From: Eledone cirrhosa
Taxonomy: Eukaryota
Assembly (NCBI GenBank): GCA_964016885.1
Contig: OZ024741.1
Span: 314,030,001-314,094,000 of the forward strand
Length of the DNA stretch: 64,000 nucleotides
Reading direction: 5' to 3'
How positions within the stretch are numbered: position 1 is the stretch's first letter; every line of letters begins with the position of its first letter. This document shows positions 1 to 14,687 of the stretch, one piece after another. Both the position numbers and the translations under genes were made by a program. Below the pieces are notes generated by a model that saw nothing but the letters and a program-made list of their open reading frames with translations, was not told where the DNA came from and did no database searches.

Positions 1-195
1 TTTCCTTATGAAAATTAACGGCTGAGCAGCCTAATTTGCATATCGAGTCAGTTCAGTCGGCCAGGCGCACCGAAGACGATAAATGGAATAGAATGAAACG
101 AAATTTCATTTCTCACTCTTAGTCGGCACTTACTTAAATGTAAGTATGTATGTATAAGTACATACATATATGCATACAGACGTACAGTAGCATGC

Positions 196-297
<102 letters not shown>

Positions 298-459
298 GTA
301 TATATACATACAGGCACACATATGTATATGTACGTATCAGTTTAGCGAACATTTATTATAATGTTCGCTTTGTTCGTTCGTAAACAAACGGACAGCCTGA
401 TTTATGCTGTACGGTGTTAAGGCAACCACGTCACCTTTTTGTTCAACACTGACACAGGA

Positions 460-502
460 ACGATGTACTAGTTTCAAGCTTGTTATCTATCGTCAGCACC
501 GT
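460..502 (-). ncRNA. Minimal type-I hammerhead ribozyme (unit 1, stem II mismatch)
   Basis: Minus strand: acggug CUGACGA uagauaacaagcuu GAAA cuag UA caucgu. Confidence 0.7.
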
Positions 503-735
503 ATACCCTTCTGCAAGATGGTTGAATGTTCGAAAGTATATACTTTCCTTATGAAAATTAACGGCTGAGCAGCCTAATTTGCATATCGAGTGAGTTCAGT
601 CGCCAGGCGCACCGAAAGCGATAAATGGAATAGAATGAAACGAAATTTTATTTCTCACTCTTAGTACGGCACTTACTTAAATGTAAGTATGTATGTATAA
701 GTACATACATATATGTATACAGACGTACAGTAGCA

Positions 736-854
<119 letters not shown>

Positions 855-986
855 ATGTTCGTATCAGTTTAGCGAACATTTATTATAATGTTTGCTTTGG
901 TCGTTTGTAAACAAACGGACAGCCCGATTTATGCCGTACGGTGTTAAGGCAACCACGTCACCTTTTTGTTCAACACTGACACAGGA

Positions 987-1029
987 ACGATGTACTAGTT
1001 TCAAGCATGTTAGCTATCGTCAGCACCGT
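987..1029 (-). ncRNA. Minimal type-I hammerhead ribozyme (unit 2)
   Basis: acggug/caucgu stem I, CUGACGA, agc/gcu stem II, GAAA, palindromic CUAG, UA cleavage dinucleotide. Confidence 0.85.
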
Positions 1030-1263
1030 ATACCCTTCTGCCAGATGGTTGAATGTTCGAAAGTATATACTTTCCTTATGAAAATTAACCGCTAAGCAGT
1101 CTAATTTGCATATCGAGTGAGTTCAGTCGGCCAGGCGCACCGAAAACGATAAATGGAATAGAATGAAACGAAATTTCATTTCTCACTCTTAGTACGGCAC
1201 TTACTTAAATGTAAGTATGTATGTATAAGTACATACATATATGTATACAGACGTACAGTAGCA

Positions 1264-1336
<73 letters not shown>

Positions 1337-1482
1337 GCACACCTATATATATGTTCGTATCAGTATAGCGAACATTTATTATAATGTTCGCTTTGTTCGT
1401 TCGTAAACAAACGGACAGCCTGATTTATGCTGTACGGTGTTAAGGCAACCACGTCACCTTTTTGTTCAACACCGACACAGGA

Positions 1483-1525
1483 ACGATGTACTAATTTCAA
1501 GCTTGTTAGCTATCGTCAGCACCGT
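1483..1525 (-). ncRNA. Minimal hammerhead ribozyme (unit 3, loop III palindrome mutated to UUAG)
   Basis: Same motif as unit 2 with one substitution in loop III. Confidence 0.7.
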
Positions 1526-1760
1526 TTACCCCTCTGCCAGATGGTTGAACGTTCGAAAGTATATACTTTCCTTATGAAAATTAACGGCTGAGCAGCCTAA
1601 TTTGCATATCGAGTGAGTTCAGTCGGCCAGGCCCACCGAAAACGATAAATGGAATAGAATGAAACGAAATTTCATTTCTCACTCTTAGAGCGGCACTTAC
1701 TTAAATGTAAGTATGTATGTATAAGTACATACATATATGTATACAGACGTACAGTAGCAT

Positions 1761-1833
<73 letters not shown>

Positions 1834-1986
1834 CATACAGGCACACATATATATATGTACGTATCAGTTTAGAGAACATTTATTATAATGTTCGCTTTGT
1901 TCGTTTGTAAACAAACGGACAGCCTGGTTTAAGCCGTACGGTGTTAAGGCAACCACGTCACCTTTTTGTTCAACACTGACACAGGA

Positions 1987-2029
1987 ACGATGTACTAGTT
2001 TCAAGCATGTTAGCTATCGTCAGCACCGT
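1987..2029 (-). ncRNA. Minimal type-I hammerhead ribozyme (unit 4)
   Basis: Identical to unit 2 motif. Confidence 0.85.
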
Positions 2030-2194
2030 ATACCCTTCTGCCAGATGGTTGAATGTTCGAAAGTATATACTTTCCTTATGAAAATTAACCGCTAAGCAGC
2101 CTAATTTGCATATCGTGTGAGTTCAGTCGGCCAGGCGCACCGAAAACGATAAATGGAATAGAATGAAACGAAATTTCATTTCTCACTCTTTGTC

Positions 2195-2330
2195 AAGTTT
2201 TGTATTTTGTCCAAAATCACCCTCCTCACCAAGTAAACCTGGTGAAGTTGCCGATTTAGTCGCCGACGATCCGACCGTATGACAGATTGTACTGGGTTAC
2301 ATGTCAGCAGTAGCACTTAAGAGTGACCCG
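2195..2330 (-). mobile_element. Diverged 5' fragment of the RTE-derived element seen at 49918 and 60886
   Basis: ccctcctcaccaag...tttagtcgccgacgatccgacc...gtactggg matches 61380-61495. Confidence 0.65.
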
Positions 2331-2399
2331 AGATAATACATACATACATACCTACATACATATATACATAAAATCTACAACCCAATCTAGTAACATTTC

Positions 2400-3620
2400 A
2401 TCAATGGCCTAACTGTTTAACGATATTAGATGAGGAATACTACAGATACCTGGGTTTAGATGAGAATATATCTTATAATAATATTTGTAATAAGGAACGT
2501 GTAACCAGGGAATATTACACCCGATTAAGAAAAATATGTCATCGAACTCTCTGTGCACAATAAAAACACAATGTTTTTGCTGTGCCTCTTAACACCATTG
2601 TTTGGAATACTCATTTGAACGATAGACGTAATCCGAGCAAGTGATGCTAGGCGTCGAAAAATACTAAACAACACCGGAAACTTCCATATCAACAGTGACA
2701 TAGACCGCCTTTACTTGAAACATAAGCAGGGAGGCAGAGGCCTAACATCTGTCCAGACAGCAATTGAATGTCGCATCATATCCCTCCGACAACATTTAGG
2801 AACCTCAAAGAGTAGGAGCTCGTCAATCGACCAAGTCTATCTGCATGAAACAGATAAGATCATGAGAGTTGGGAAGAAACTCCTCGAAAGATATTCCCAG
2901 CGTGATAATCAAAACCTCACACACAGAGAAGATACCCAGCAGTACCGCAGTGAAGCCATGGATGAAAGACTGCATAATTATCAGCAAAACATCATGCATG
3001 GATATGTTGCCAGGAAGCGAGAGTAATATGAACAAAGTAGTCTATTTTGACAAACAACCGCTATATAGGCTCCCACTTTGAAGGATACGCTTTTGTAATC
3101 CAAGAACAGGAATTCAACACGAAATACCTGATTCACAAAAGAGATAGGGATGCAGGCAAAACACCTAGCTGAGACCACAAGTGCAGACACTGCAGAATTA
3201 ACATCAAAGATGTCAGCCATGTCATAAGCAGCTGTCCAAAGATGTCATCGCGGTCATATCTACCTATGCGGCATGATGTAGTGGCCAAAACACTATACAA
3301 TGCAATTAGTAGAAAAGATAGTCCTGATAATAAACAAATTAAAAGCTAAAGCAATGTGCAAGACATACATATACATAATATAAAAGAGTACTGATGGAAT
3401 GTTCCAGTAAAAACCCCTATAAAATGCAAGCATAACAGACCCGTTATAATGATATGGAACAGGGAAATGAAGGCATGCACAGTAGTGGAATTAAGCTGCC
3501 CAGCAGATGCCAATAAAATATCAAAGATTAGTGAAAAGGTGAATATCTATGCAGAACTAATGAGAAAGCTGCAGATACTCCACCCTGACTCTACCTTCAG
3601 ATATATGCCTGTGATTCTGC
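2400..3620 (+). pseudogene. Decayed R4/Dong-like non-LTR retrotransposon, 3' half (RT thumb, CCHC knuckle, restriction-like endonuclease)
   Basis: Fragmented translation YRYLGLDE..NKERVTREY, DIDRLYLKHKQGGRGL, C..C...H.ISSCPKMS..RHD.VAK, KHNRP..IW...VVELSCPAD...EK...Y; many stops and frameshifts. Confidence 0.8.
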
Positions 3621-4329
3621 ATCTACACTTGTACAGATACAAAGCATATGCACATGCACACATGCAACTCAAAACATCCACACATACAATAACAACCATA
3701 CCTGCACACACATGCATGCATGCAGAAATGCATGCATATCTACCTAGTTGAAGTTGTATAAATTCTAATGAGAAAGTATTGTATCTATGTTTGAAACCGA
3801 CTCTCTTTTTATTGGCAAAAATTTGTGAAATTATAAAATCAAAAGAACATACATACATAAACAATATTTGTACCTGAGAACAAAGACACCCACTTGGCAG
3901 CACCTACCGAGCCATTGCATGCCAGAGGTATGGTGACATAGGATGATCATGGTTACAGTCTGCTGGACTACAGGAAATCATTCAATTCTGTTCCCAATCT
4001 TGGACGATAGGGGCCCTCCAAATTCCTTAATCCCAGACACTAATATCAAGACCATAGAAATCTCATCTTCTTCTTGTTCTACTATCTTAAAGTTGTTTAC
4101 GAAGCTGGAGGACTCGATTTTCTCTGATAAATTAGAATATAACAGAAGTATATTTCAAGGAGACAGCATCTCTGTGTTACGATTTAAACTGCCATTAATA
4201 CAAACCCAACCCATCAATTATTTGTGGATAAACTGAAACTCTATAGCAAGAAAAAACATGGGATGAAAGATAAACCGAGACCTGGTTAAATTTTGGCTAG
4301 GATAAATGTTCATACATGATTGAAAAGCG

Positions 4330-4890
4330 AGGAAAAACTGCAAGTCAATCTAGCAATATTTCTATCTATTGCCTAACCGTTTCACTGATATTTGACGTAG
4401 ACTACTACAGATTCTTCAGGAGGGATGAAAATATATCCTATAATGGTATTTGTCACAAGGAACGCGTAACCAGGGAATATAACACCAGAATAAGACAAAT
4501 AAGTTATTCTGAACTTTCTGCGTACTACAAATCAGTAGCCTAATATTTCTTTCCTGTGACTGCCTTGACACCAACATTTGGAATACATGATTGGAAGCTT
4601 GATGAATTCCGAGCCATCGAATTTAAAACCAGAGACATCGTAATCAGCACCGAAAATTTCCACATCATTAGTGATCTAGAACAACACTACACCTGAAACA
4701 TAAACAGGGATGTGGAGGCCTAACGTCAGTTCAGAAACCATTTCAATGTCAAATCATATCCCTCAGTCAACATCTATGAACCCCCAAGTGTAGGAGAGCA
4801 TTTATAAATCAGAACTATTTGCTCGATAGAAATAACATTATGAGAGTTGGGAAGGAGCTTCTTGAGAAAAACTTCCTGCGTGATAAATAA
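4330..4890 (+). pseudogene. Second, more diverged R4/Dong-like fragment
   Basis: DENISYNGICHKERVTREYNTRIRQISYSELSAY parallels 2440-2900. Confidence 0.7.
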
Positions 4891-5269
4891 GAACTACCCC
4901 ATTACACATTTTGAGAAGCTGGCCTTTACAGATCCAGAAAGAGCACGGCTAGCTAGGAAGTCACATGTACAGTCCATTAATGGAACTCTAAAAAATATGT
5001 AAAGTATCTGAAAAATTCTACATATAATAAATGAATATACAGAAACATATGGACGTGTACACATATAACTTAAAATATGCAAATTCACACATAAAATAGC
5101 ATCCATACATGTACACACACACAGACACACAGACACGCGCACACATACAAATAAACGCACACAGACATTCCAAATATATTTACTTAGATGAAGTTGTCTA
5201 AATCCCAATGAAATAGCATTGTGTTTATAGTTATAAATTGCCTCTCTGTCTATTGATTAAAATTTATAA

Positions 5270-5412
5270 AACAATGGTTTCTGATGTAGGCATAAGCCAG
5301 CAATTTCCGGGGTGGGAACATTCGATTAAATCGGCCCTAGTTTCTTAGTAGTACTTCATTTTATCGAGCCCATAAGGAAGAAAAGCAAAGCTAACCTCGG
5401 AGGATTTGAAAT
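5270..5412 (-). mobile_element. Diverged fragment of the tRNA-derived SINE
   Basis: ttttatcgagccc..aaggaagaaaagcaaagctaacctcggaggatttgaa is the reverse complement of the SINE core at 13973 and 29852. Confidence 0.75.
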
Positions 5413-5574
5413 AAGAAAATTCATAAAATTATAAAACCGGAAAAAGCACATATACATACTTAATCACACACAAGCGCTAAGACTCTCTTCCTGCTATATC
5501 AAGCGTTAACCTAATATATTCCTTGCATATACTCTACCGATTGTGTTGTTATTTCTATTTAACTTTTATATATA

Positions 5575-6153
5575 TATAAATATATATATATTGTTATGCT
5601 TTGGGAGGGTCATGTTGCCAATAAGAAACACACGCACCAGCTGTTTCACTCCAATTTATTATAAATTAAATTTTTATATTTAACAATTTATAAATTTCCC
5701 GTTGGTTGGTTGGTTCCGTAACCCGACGGTTGTTCATATATTGTCAAAGATCTTTCGTCATACATTATGTGACCTCTTCAGTGACTGGGGATTATTTTCT
5801 TTGTTTTGTGCCTCTCCTTTGTTCTGTCCTACGCCATCTTGTTTTTGTGTGCTTAGTTTTCGCATGTGTTACATCCGGGTGTCTTTGCGTGTTTTTACTT
5901 GTTTATGTATTTGTTTATTTACATATTACTGGTTGTTTGTTTGTTCTATGTGTGTGTGTGTGTTTTCATTTTGTCCGTAATTGTAAGTCGTAATGTTGCT
6001 ATTCCATTCATGTTTTCTATTTAATTTTGGTTGGAGTTCATTTATGTTTATTGCCTCTGTGATTTGTCTAAACACGCGTCTTTTCTGTGTGTAGATTCTA
6101 TTTTTAATTCTATGTTCTCTAAAGAGAACATAGAAATAAAAATAGAATCTACA
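5575..6153 (-). mobile_element. 3' end/pLTR of the Nematis-like PLE family with a terminal fold-back hairpin (6091-6152)
   Basis: Closely similar to 40765-41320; palindrome ...tatgttctct aa agagaacata... Confidence 0.85.
5743..5785 (-). ncRNA. Minimal hammerhead ribozyme
   Basis: guca CUGAAGA ggucacauaauguaugac GAAA gauc UU ugac. Confidence 0.8.
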
Positions 6154-6404
6154 TTGACTTGGTAGAGAGCAACAGAAACACGTCTGTTCACTTCAACAGT
6201 CCACTATAATATATCATACATATATATCCACACACATATATATATATATATATAAATTTTGAGTATATGTTGGTTGTATAACAACACCCCAGTATGCAAA
6301 TTGGAGCACTCGACGAGGTGCACAGGTTGGTTTGGTTACTCTGGAGTAATGTAAAATAAACTAAAATAAATAATTCAAATGTTTAAAATTTGGCTTCGTT
6401 TATT

Positions 6405-6459
6405 ACTGCTATATATATTTCGGTGACAGCCATCTTTGGCTGTGAGCTCTTCAGGCAGT
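6405..6459 (-). ncRNA. Minimal hammerhead ribozyme
   Basis: acugc CUGAAGA g..acagcca aaga uggcugu..c GAAA uauaua UA gcagu. Confidence 0.85.
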
Positions 6460-8019
6460 CCAAATTAGTGTGGTAGAGACGAGTACACATGTTGTTCAGG
6501 TGTTTAACTCTGTCAATACTCTGATATGCCCAGTTCCTGGTTGGGTTGTTATTTCACTGAGGAACTGGAATCATATGAATTTAAACAAACGAATTTCAGT
6601 GTCAAAGACATCTTCTCCTCCCATTGGTCAGTTGTGAGAACATTCCTCAGTCAAACGTCTATAGAAATTCGTTCTGAGGCGAGGCAATCTGTAGTGGTTG
6701 TTCTTGTTATTGTTAAGTACATCTTACCTCTACTCTTATGTTGGTAGTGGTGTTGGTGTTGGAGTCAGCTCAAAAAAATGATAAAGTGGTTGAAGGAATA
6801 AGATTTTAAAGGAACAAAATAAAATAAGATAATCAATTAAAAAGTGTGTGTTATACCCAATCTCAATGTTAGACGATTTGTAAGGTCACACTCCTCCCAT
6901 TGGTCAGTTGTGAGAGCATTCTTCAGTCAAAAGTCTACAGAAATTCTTTCTGGGGTGAGGCTCGCTGTTGTGTTTGTTTTTGCTATTGTTAAGTACATCT
7001 GACCTCTACCCTTATTTTGGTAGTGGTGTTGGTGTTGTGGTCAGCCTAGGTCTTGCTGCTGCTGACATTTAGGAGTATCTGTGTGTGTTTTTCATCCATC
7101 CTGCCACCATGTCTCGTGGTGGTGGGGTGGTGATGGTGGTGTGGGGATGTGCCATGCATATGAAGAAATCGAAGGCAATAAAATGAAGAAAACAGAAAAT
7201 AAATAATAATAAAAAATAGAAAATAAATGAAAAATTAATTTAAAATGAAAAATAAAAAATAAAAATGAAGATTCAAATAAAATAAAATGTGTGTGTGCCA
7301 TAACCAATATCAAAGTCAGAAAGATGTTGGATAAAGTGGTAGGAGGAACAAGGTGGTAAAAGTATAAAACAAAATAAGATAATCAAATAAAATGTGTGTG
7401 TTATAACCAATCTCAACGTTAGAAACATTTGCAAGCTCACTCCTCCCATTGGTCAGTTGTGAGAGCATTTCTCAGTCAAAAGTCTATAGCAATTCTTTCT
7501 GGGGTGAGGCTACCTGTTGTGTTTGTTTTTGCTATTGTTAAGTACATCTGACCACTACCCTTATTTTGGTAGAAACACACACAGATACAGAATTAACATC
7601 AAAGATGTCACACCATGTCATAAGCAGCTGTCCAAAGCTGTCATCGCGGTCATATCTACCTATGCGGCATGATGTAGTGGCCAACACACTATACAATGCA
7701 ATTAGTAGAAAAGATAGTCCTGATAATAAACAAATTAAAATCTAAAGCAATGTGGAAGACATACTGCTGCTGACATTTAGAAGTATCTGTGTTTGTTTCT
7801 TCATCCATCCTGCCACCATTTCTCGTGTTGATGGGGGGGGGGGTGTACCTTGCATATGAAGAAATAGAAGGCAATAAAATGAAGAAAACAGAAAACAAAT
7901 GAAAAATAAAAAAATAAAAAAAATGAAGATTCAAGTAAAATATAATGTGTATGTGTTATAAAGATGTTGGCCAAATTAAAAAGGCTGTGTCAGAATCAAT
8001 CTCTAAGCTATCATGGTGT

Positions 8020-8205
8020 TTGCTCAGCCTGGGTGGGTCCCTATGGCTTGATGGGAGTTCCCAACCTATGGTGTTGTAACTGCACATATAGCTTGAGGGA
8101 AGTCCGGCCAATAGGTGTCTACATCTTCTGGAGAAATCCCTATAGCTTGAGGGATGTTCACATCTCAGTGTGTTGTTACTGTCCATATAGCTTGAGGAAG
8201 GTTCC
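8020..8205. repeat. Degenerate ~50-bp minisatellite in PLE 3' UTR
   Basis: atagcttgaggga / atggcttgatggga recurs four times. Confidence 0.6.
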
Positions 8206-8721
8206 GGCCCTGAGGTGTCTGCCTGTCCCGAGGAAGTCGGTTCTGAGGTTTATCAGGCGGCTTCCACCTCTTAGTATCTCGAGGGTCTCGTTCAGACATA
8301 GTTTGTATATGAAAGATCCCCCTTTATCGGGTGGTACATTCCTGATTATGGACCAGGCCAGAGAGTACGGGGGTCATGTCCAGCTTAAGCTTCCAGATCA
8401 GGTCGAAAAGAGCCGTACTTTTCCTTTTGGCCTCCTTATTGAAGGAATGGCGATGATTCTACCAACAGTCTTTAAAGCTCGTTGATGTGGCTCCTATGTA
8501 GAGGTGTTTGGAGTTGGGGGTTTTAACCCTACATCGGTATATTAGGTTCTTCTTAAGGCATTCATTACGAAGGGGGCATGATTCGGGGTTTCTGCAGTTG
8601 CAGAGGGTGGTCGACCTCTGCGTGCCTAGTGTGGGGTTCACGTTCTTGTTACATGGTGGTCTTCCCCCGGGCAGAGTGGGGGGTCCACGGGTTTGTTTGA
8701 GTTTCTTGGGTGGGCACTGGG

Positions 8722-9605
8722 TCCTCCCTTTCCATTTTTCATTTTTCATTAATTTTTCATTTATTTTCTAGTTTTTATTATTATTTGTTTTCTGTTTTCT
8801 TCATTTTACTGCCTTCTATTTCTTCATATGCATGGCACAGCCCTCCACCACCATCACCACCCAACCACCACGAGAAATGGTGGCAGTATGGATGAAGAAC
8901 ACACACAGATACATATAAATGTCAGCAGCAGCAAGACCTAGGCTGACCACAACACCAACACCACTACCAAAATAAGGGTAGAGGTCAGATGTACTTAACA
9001 ATAGCAACAACAAACACTACAGCGAGCTTCACCCCAGAAAGAATTTCTATAGACTTTTGACTGAGGAATGCTCTCACAACTGACCAATGGGAGGAGTGAC
9101 ATTACAAATCTTTCTAACATTGAGAGAGGGTATAACACACACACATTTTATTTGATTATCTTATTTGATTTTGTTACTTTACCATCTTATTCCTTCTACC
9201 ACTTTATCATTTTTTTTACCTGACTCCAACAACAACACCACTACCAACATAAGAATAGAGGTCAGATGTACTTAACAAACACAAGAACAACCACTACAGA
9301 TCGCCTCGTCTCAGAACGAATTTCTATAGACGTTTGACTGAGGAATGTTCTCACAAAGACCAATAGGAGGAGAAGATGTCCTTTGACACTGAAATTCGTT
9401 TGTTTAAATTCATATGATTCCCGTTCCTCAGTGAAATAACAACCCAACCAGGAACTGGGCATATCAGAGTATTGACAGAGTTAAACACCTGAACAACATG
9501 TGTACTCGTCTCTACCAATATATATAGCAGTCACCGAAATATATATAGCAGTAATAAACGAAGCCAAACTTTAAACATTTGGCTTATTTATTTTAGTTTA
9601 TTTTA
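8722..9605 (+). repeat. Inverted copy of the PLE pLTR 6355-7250; HHR 5' half deleted
   Basis: Reverse complement of 6355-7250. At 9517-9535 the CUGAAGA half is replaced by a short duplication aatatatatagcag. Confidence 0.9.
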
Positions 9606-9802
9606 TATATATATATATAAATATATATTATATATACATATATATATATATGTATATATATTTGTAGATATATGTATATATATATGTATATGTATACATA
9701 TATATATATTTGTATATATATGTATATATGTATATATATAGATATATGTATATAGATATATGTATATGTATAGAAATATATATGTATATATATAAGTATA
9801 TA

Positions 9803-9848
<46 letters not shown>

Positions 9849-9850
<2 letters not shown>

Positions 9851-10100
9851 AAGAGAACATAGAAATAAAAATAGAATCTACACAGAAAAGACGCAATGTT
9901 TAGACAAATCACAGAGGCAATAAACATAAATGAACTCCAACCAACATTAAATAGAAATCATGAATGGAATAGCAACATCACAACTTACAATTAAGGACAA
10001 AATGAAAACACACACACATAGTATAAACAACCAACCAGTAACCTGTAAATAAACAAATAAATAAACAAATAAAAACACGCACAGACACCCGGATGTAACA
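9849..10100 (+). mobile_element. Nematis-like PLE 3' fragment (inverted partner of 5870-6120)
   Basis: Reverse complement of 5870-6120; begins with the 34-bp sequence also at 6120-6153. Confidence 0.85.
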
Positions 10101-10104
10101 CCTG

Positions 10105-10618
10105 CCCAAACACTTGTTATTTTAACTTGTTTCACGATAGTAAGTGTTAATTTTTGAGGTAAAAAAAATTGTTGCACTTTCAAAGTTAAAAGAACACTTG
10201 TTGTTTTAACTTGTTTCACTATATTAAGTGTTAATTTTCGCGTTAAGGGCCTAATCTCACAGCTGTATCGAATTGACGAGATTTTGAGTTTCGTTTGTTT
10301 ATTATAAGAACAATCGTTATGGGACTTTCCATTCAAACCATTGGGACATTTGTACTTTAGCAAAACTGCCTGTTTTTTTACAGATTTGAAACGTGCATTG
10401 TCTTTAATCATTTGTATAAATACTACCTGTTCAGTGTTTCCTTTCATTATCAGCATAGTTTTATGTGTACAAAGATTGCACTAAATATTCGTTTGCATTA
10501 ATTATTGAAGGCTTCTGCTTATTTTGATAAGTTAGGGACAAATAATGTTATTTTACTTCCTAGATGTATATTCTTAGTATAAATTCAAACGCGGGGCAAC
10601 GCCGGGTAAATCTGCTAG
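10105..10618 (+). mobile_element. Non-autonomous Helitron-like element, 3' end
   Basis: GC-rich subterminal motif gcggggcaacgccggg followed by CTAG|T at 10615-10619; internal short tandem repeats 10110-10250. Confidence 0.65.
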
Positions 10619-10698
10619 TATATTATAAATATATATTATATATATATATATTATATATATATATATATTATATGTATATATAATTATATATATATATG

Positions 10699-10736
<38 letters not shown>

Positions 10737-10894
10737 GTATATATAATATATATATATATAATATATATACATATAATATATATATATATATAATATATAT
10801 ATATATAATATATATTTATAATATACTAGCAGATTTACCCGGCGTTGCCCCGCGTTTGAATTTATATGTATATATATATATACATATATATATA

Positions 10895-11832
<938 letters not shown>

Positions 11833-11834
11833 AC

Positions 11835-12739
<905 letters not shown>

Positions 12740-13020
12740 TAAATCATGTCCTTAGAATTATTAGATAAAATATATACCATTTCCTCTCCCAATTAGCATA
12801 ATTAACCATATAAATAAAATCAATTTGACCAGGCTATAAGAATAAAGGCTCCTATGAAGAAATATTTGATAAATAACCGAAAGCGGCCTTTTCGCGGTTA
12901 CCCCAATAGAGTATTTACCCAACATTTCAACAGCATGTAGAAACTGACTAAATATACTGTCAACCATACACAATTAGGTGTAAATTTAAACTTAGAAGAA
13001 ACGTGTAAATACCGTAATTA

Positions 13021-13103
13021 TATCTATACCATGGTTTCGTCCGTATTTTTAGATATCCTATTGTTGGGATGAATCGAGAGTAACAGATTCTTCAGGAGAC
13101 AAA
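13021..13103 (-). ncRNA. Hammerhead ribozyme with extended stem II
   Basis: uuugucuc CUGAAGA ... ggac GAAA ccaugg UA uagaua; the second tandem copy (~13680-13760) has a decayed core. Confidence 0.7.
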
Positions 13104-13972
13104 CTCTGTTGGACAATTAATTTTCCAAAGCGATCGCGCCAAAAATAGATTCAAAAATGGCTAAGAATCGTGACGTGGCAGTGGTCAAGTTAGAAAGAAT
13201 GTGATTAGTTGCTTACGGCGGGTAGGCTGGTCGTAAGAAAGCGCAGCCCAATATCGCCCAATTGCATCACGACCCAACGGGAGATTATTAAATATAAAGA
13301 TGTACATATACATAAAGTCACAGATATATATGTGGCAACTGGTCACATTCTGTCCCAATGAAGAATTAATAAATTAAATAATCAGAGCAATATATCATAA
13401 ATCATGTCCTTAAAATTATTAGATAAAATATATACCATTTCCTCTCCCAATTAGCATAATCAACTATATAAAAAATTCAATTAGACCAGGCTATAAGAAT
13501 AAAGGCTCCTATAAAGAAATATTTGATAAATAACCTAAAGCGGCCTCTTCGCGGTTACCCCAATAGAGTATTTACCCAACATTTCAACAGCATGTAGAAA
13601 CTGACTAAATATACTGTCAACCATACACAATTAGGTGTAAATTTAAACTTAGAAGAAACGTGTACATACCGTAATTACATCTCTATCATGGTTTCGTCCG
13701 TATTTTTAGATATCCTATTGTTAGGATGAATCTAGAGTAACAGACACTTTAGGAAACAAACTCTGTTGGACAGTTAATTTTCCAAAGCGATCGCGCCAAA
13801 AATAGATTCAAAAATAGCTAAGAATTGTGACGTGGCAGTGGTCAAGTTAGAAAGAATGTGATTAGTTGCTTACGGCGGGTAGGCTGGTTGCTAGCAAGCG
13901 CACTCCAATATCGCCCAATTGCATCTCGACCCAACGGGAGATGATTAAATATAAAGATTTACATATACATAA

Positions 13973-14156
13973 GGGCGGTGGATTGGCAGTATCGGTAGAG
14001 GGTCGGACGCCATGCGTTCCAGCATAGTTACGTCCCTTTACGATCTGAGTTCAAATCCCGCCGAGGTTGACTTTGCCTTTCATCCTTACGGGGTCGATAA
14101 AATAAAGTACCATTAATGCACTGGGTAATTGCTGGCCTTGGCCTAAAGTAGAAACA
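13973..14156 (+). mobile_element. tRNA-derived SINE, full length, 29-bp TSD
   Basis: A-box-like tggcagtatcgg, B box gagttcaaatcc; TSD attaaatataaagatttacatatacataa at 13944-13972 and 14157-14185. Confidence 0.9.
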
Positions 14157-14651
14157 ATTAAATATAAAGATTTACATATACATAAAGTCACAGATATATA
14201 AGTGGCAAATGGTCACGTTGTGGATCAATGAAGAATTAATAAATTAAATAAATAGAGCAATATATCATAAATCATGTCCTTAGAATTATTAGATAAAATT
14301 CATACCATTTCCTCTCCCAATTAGCATAATTAACCATATAAAAAATCAATTAGACCAGGCTATAAGAATAAATGCTCCTATGAAGAAATATTTCATAAAT
14401 AACCGAAAGCGGCCTCTTCGCGGTGACCCCAATAGAGTATTTACCCAAAATTTCAACAGCATGTAGAAACTGACTAATTATACCGTCAACCATACATAAT
14501 TAGGTGTGAATTTAAACTTATATTTTATCTAATAATTCTTAGGACATAATTTATGATATATTGCTCTGATCATTTAATTTATTAATTCTTCATTGAGCCA
14601 TAACGTGACCAGTTACCACATATATATCAGTGAATTTATGTATATGTAAAT

Positions 14652-14679
<28 letters not shown>

Positions 14680-14687
<8 letters not shown>

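Larger units (their letters stand above)
6270..8720 (-). mobile_element. 5'-truncated Hydra-like PLE: GIY-YIG fragment (8200-8720), internally duplicated 3' UTR/pLTR, HHR and tail
   Basis: ORF 8459-8749(-): CNCRNPESCPLRNECL..NLIY.C.V....YIGAT..SFK; UTR segments duplicated (6790-7025 vs 7330-7570; 7055-7300 vs 7765-7955). Confidence 0.8.
12735..14660 (-). repeat. ~660-bp HHR-bearing unit in tandem (about 2.4 copies) ending in a fold-back (14521-14658)
   Basis: atcataaatcatgtcc recurs at 12737, 13395 and 14265; further copies at 15175-16060, 39450-40275 and 53195-53692. Confidence 0.9.

Noticed and set aside
3900-4240. ORF 3943-4236 or a minus-strand endonuclease remnant (ADCNHDH)
   Set aside because: A single weak motif; no other support by eye.
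8020-8205. CRISPR-like repeat-spacer pattern (also 20280-20590)
   Set aside because: Degenerate minisatellites with related spacers in a eukaryotic TE UTR; no cas genes.
7964-8485. 173-aa plus-strand ORF and other antisense ORFs over TEs
   Set aside because: Antisense shadows of PLE/LINE coding and repeat sequence.
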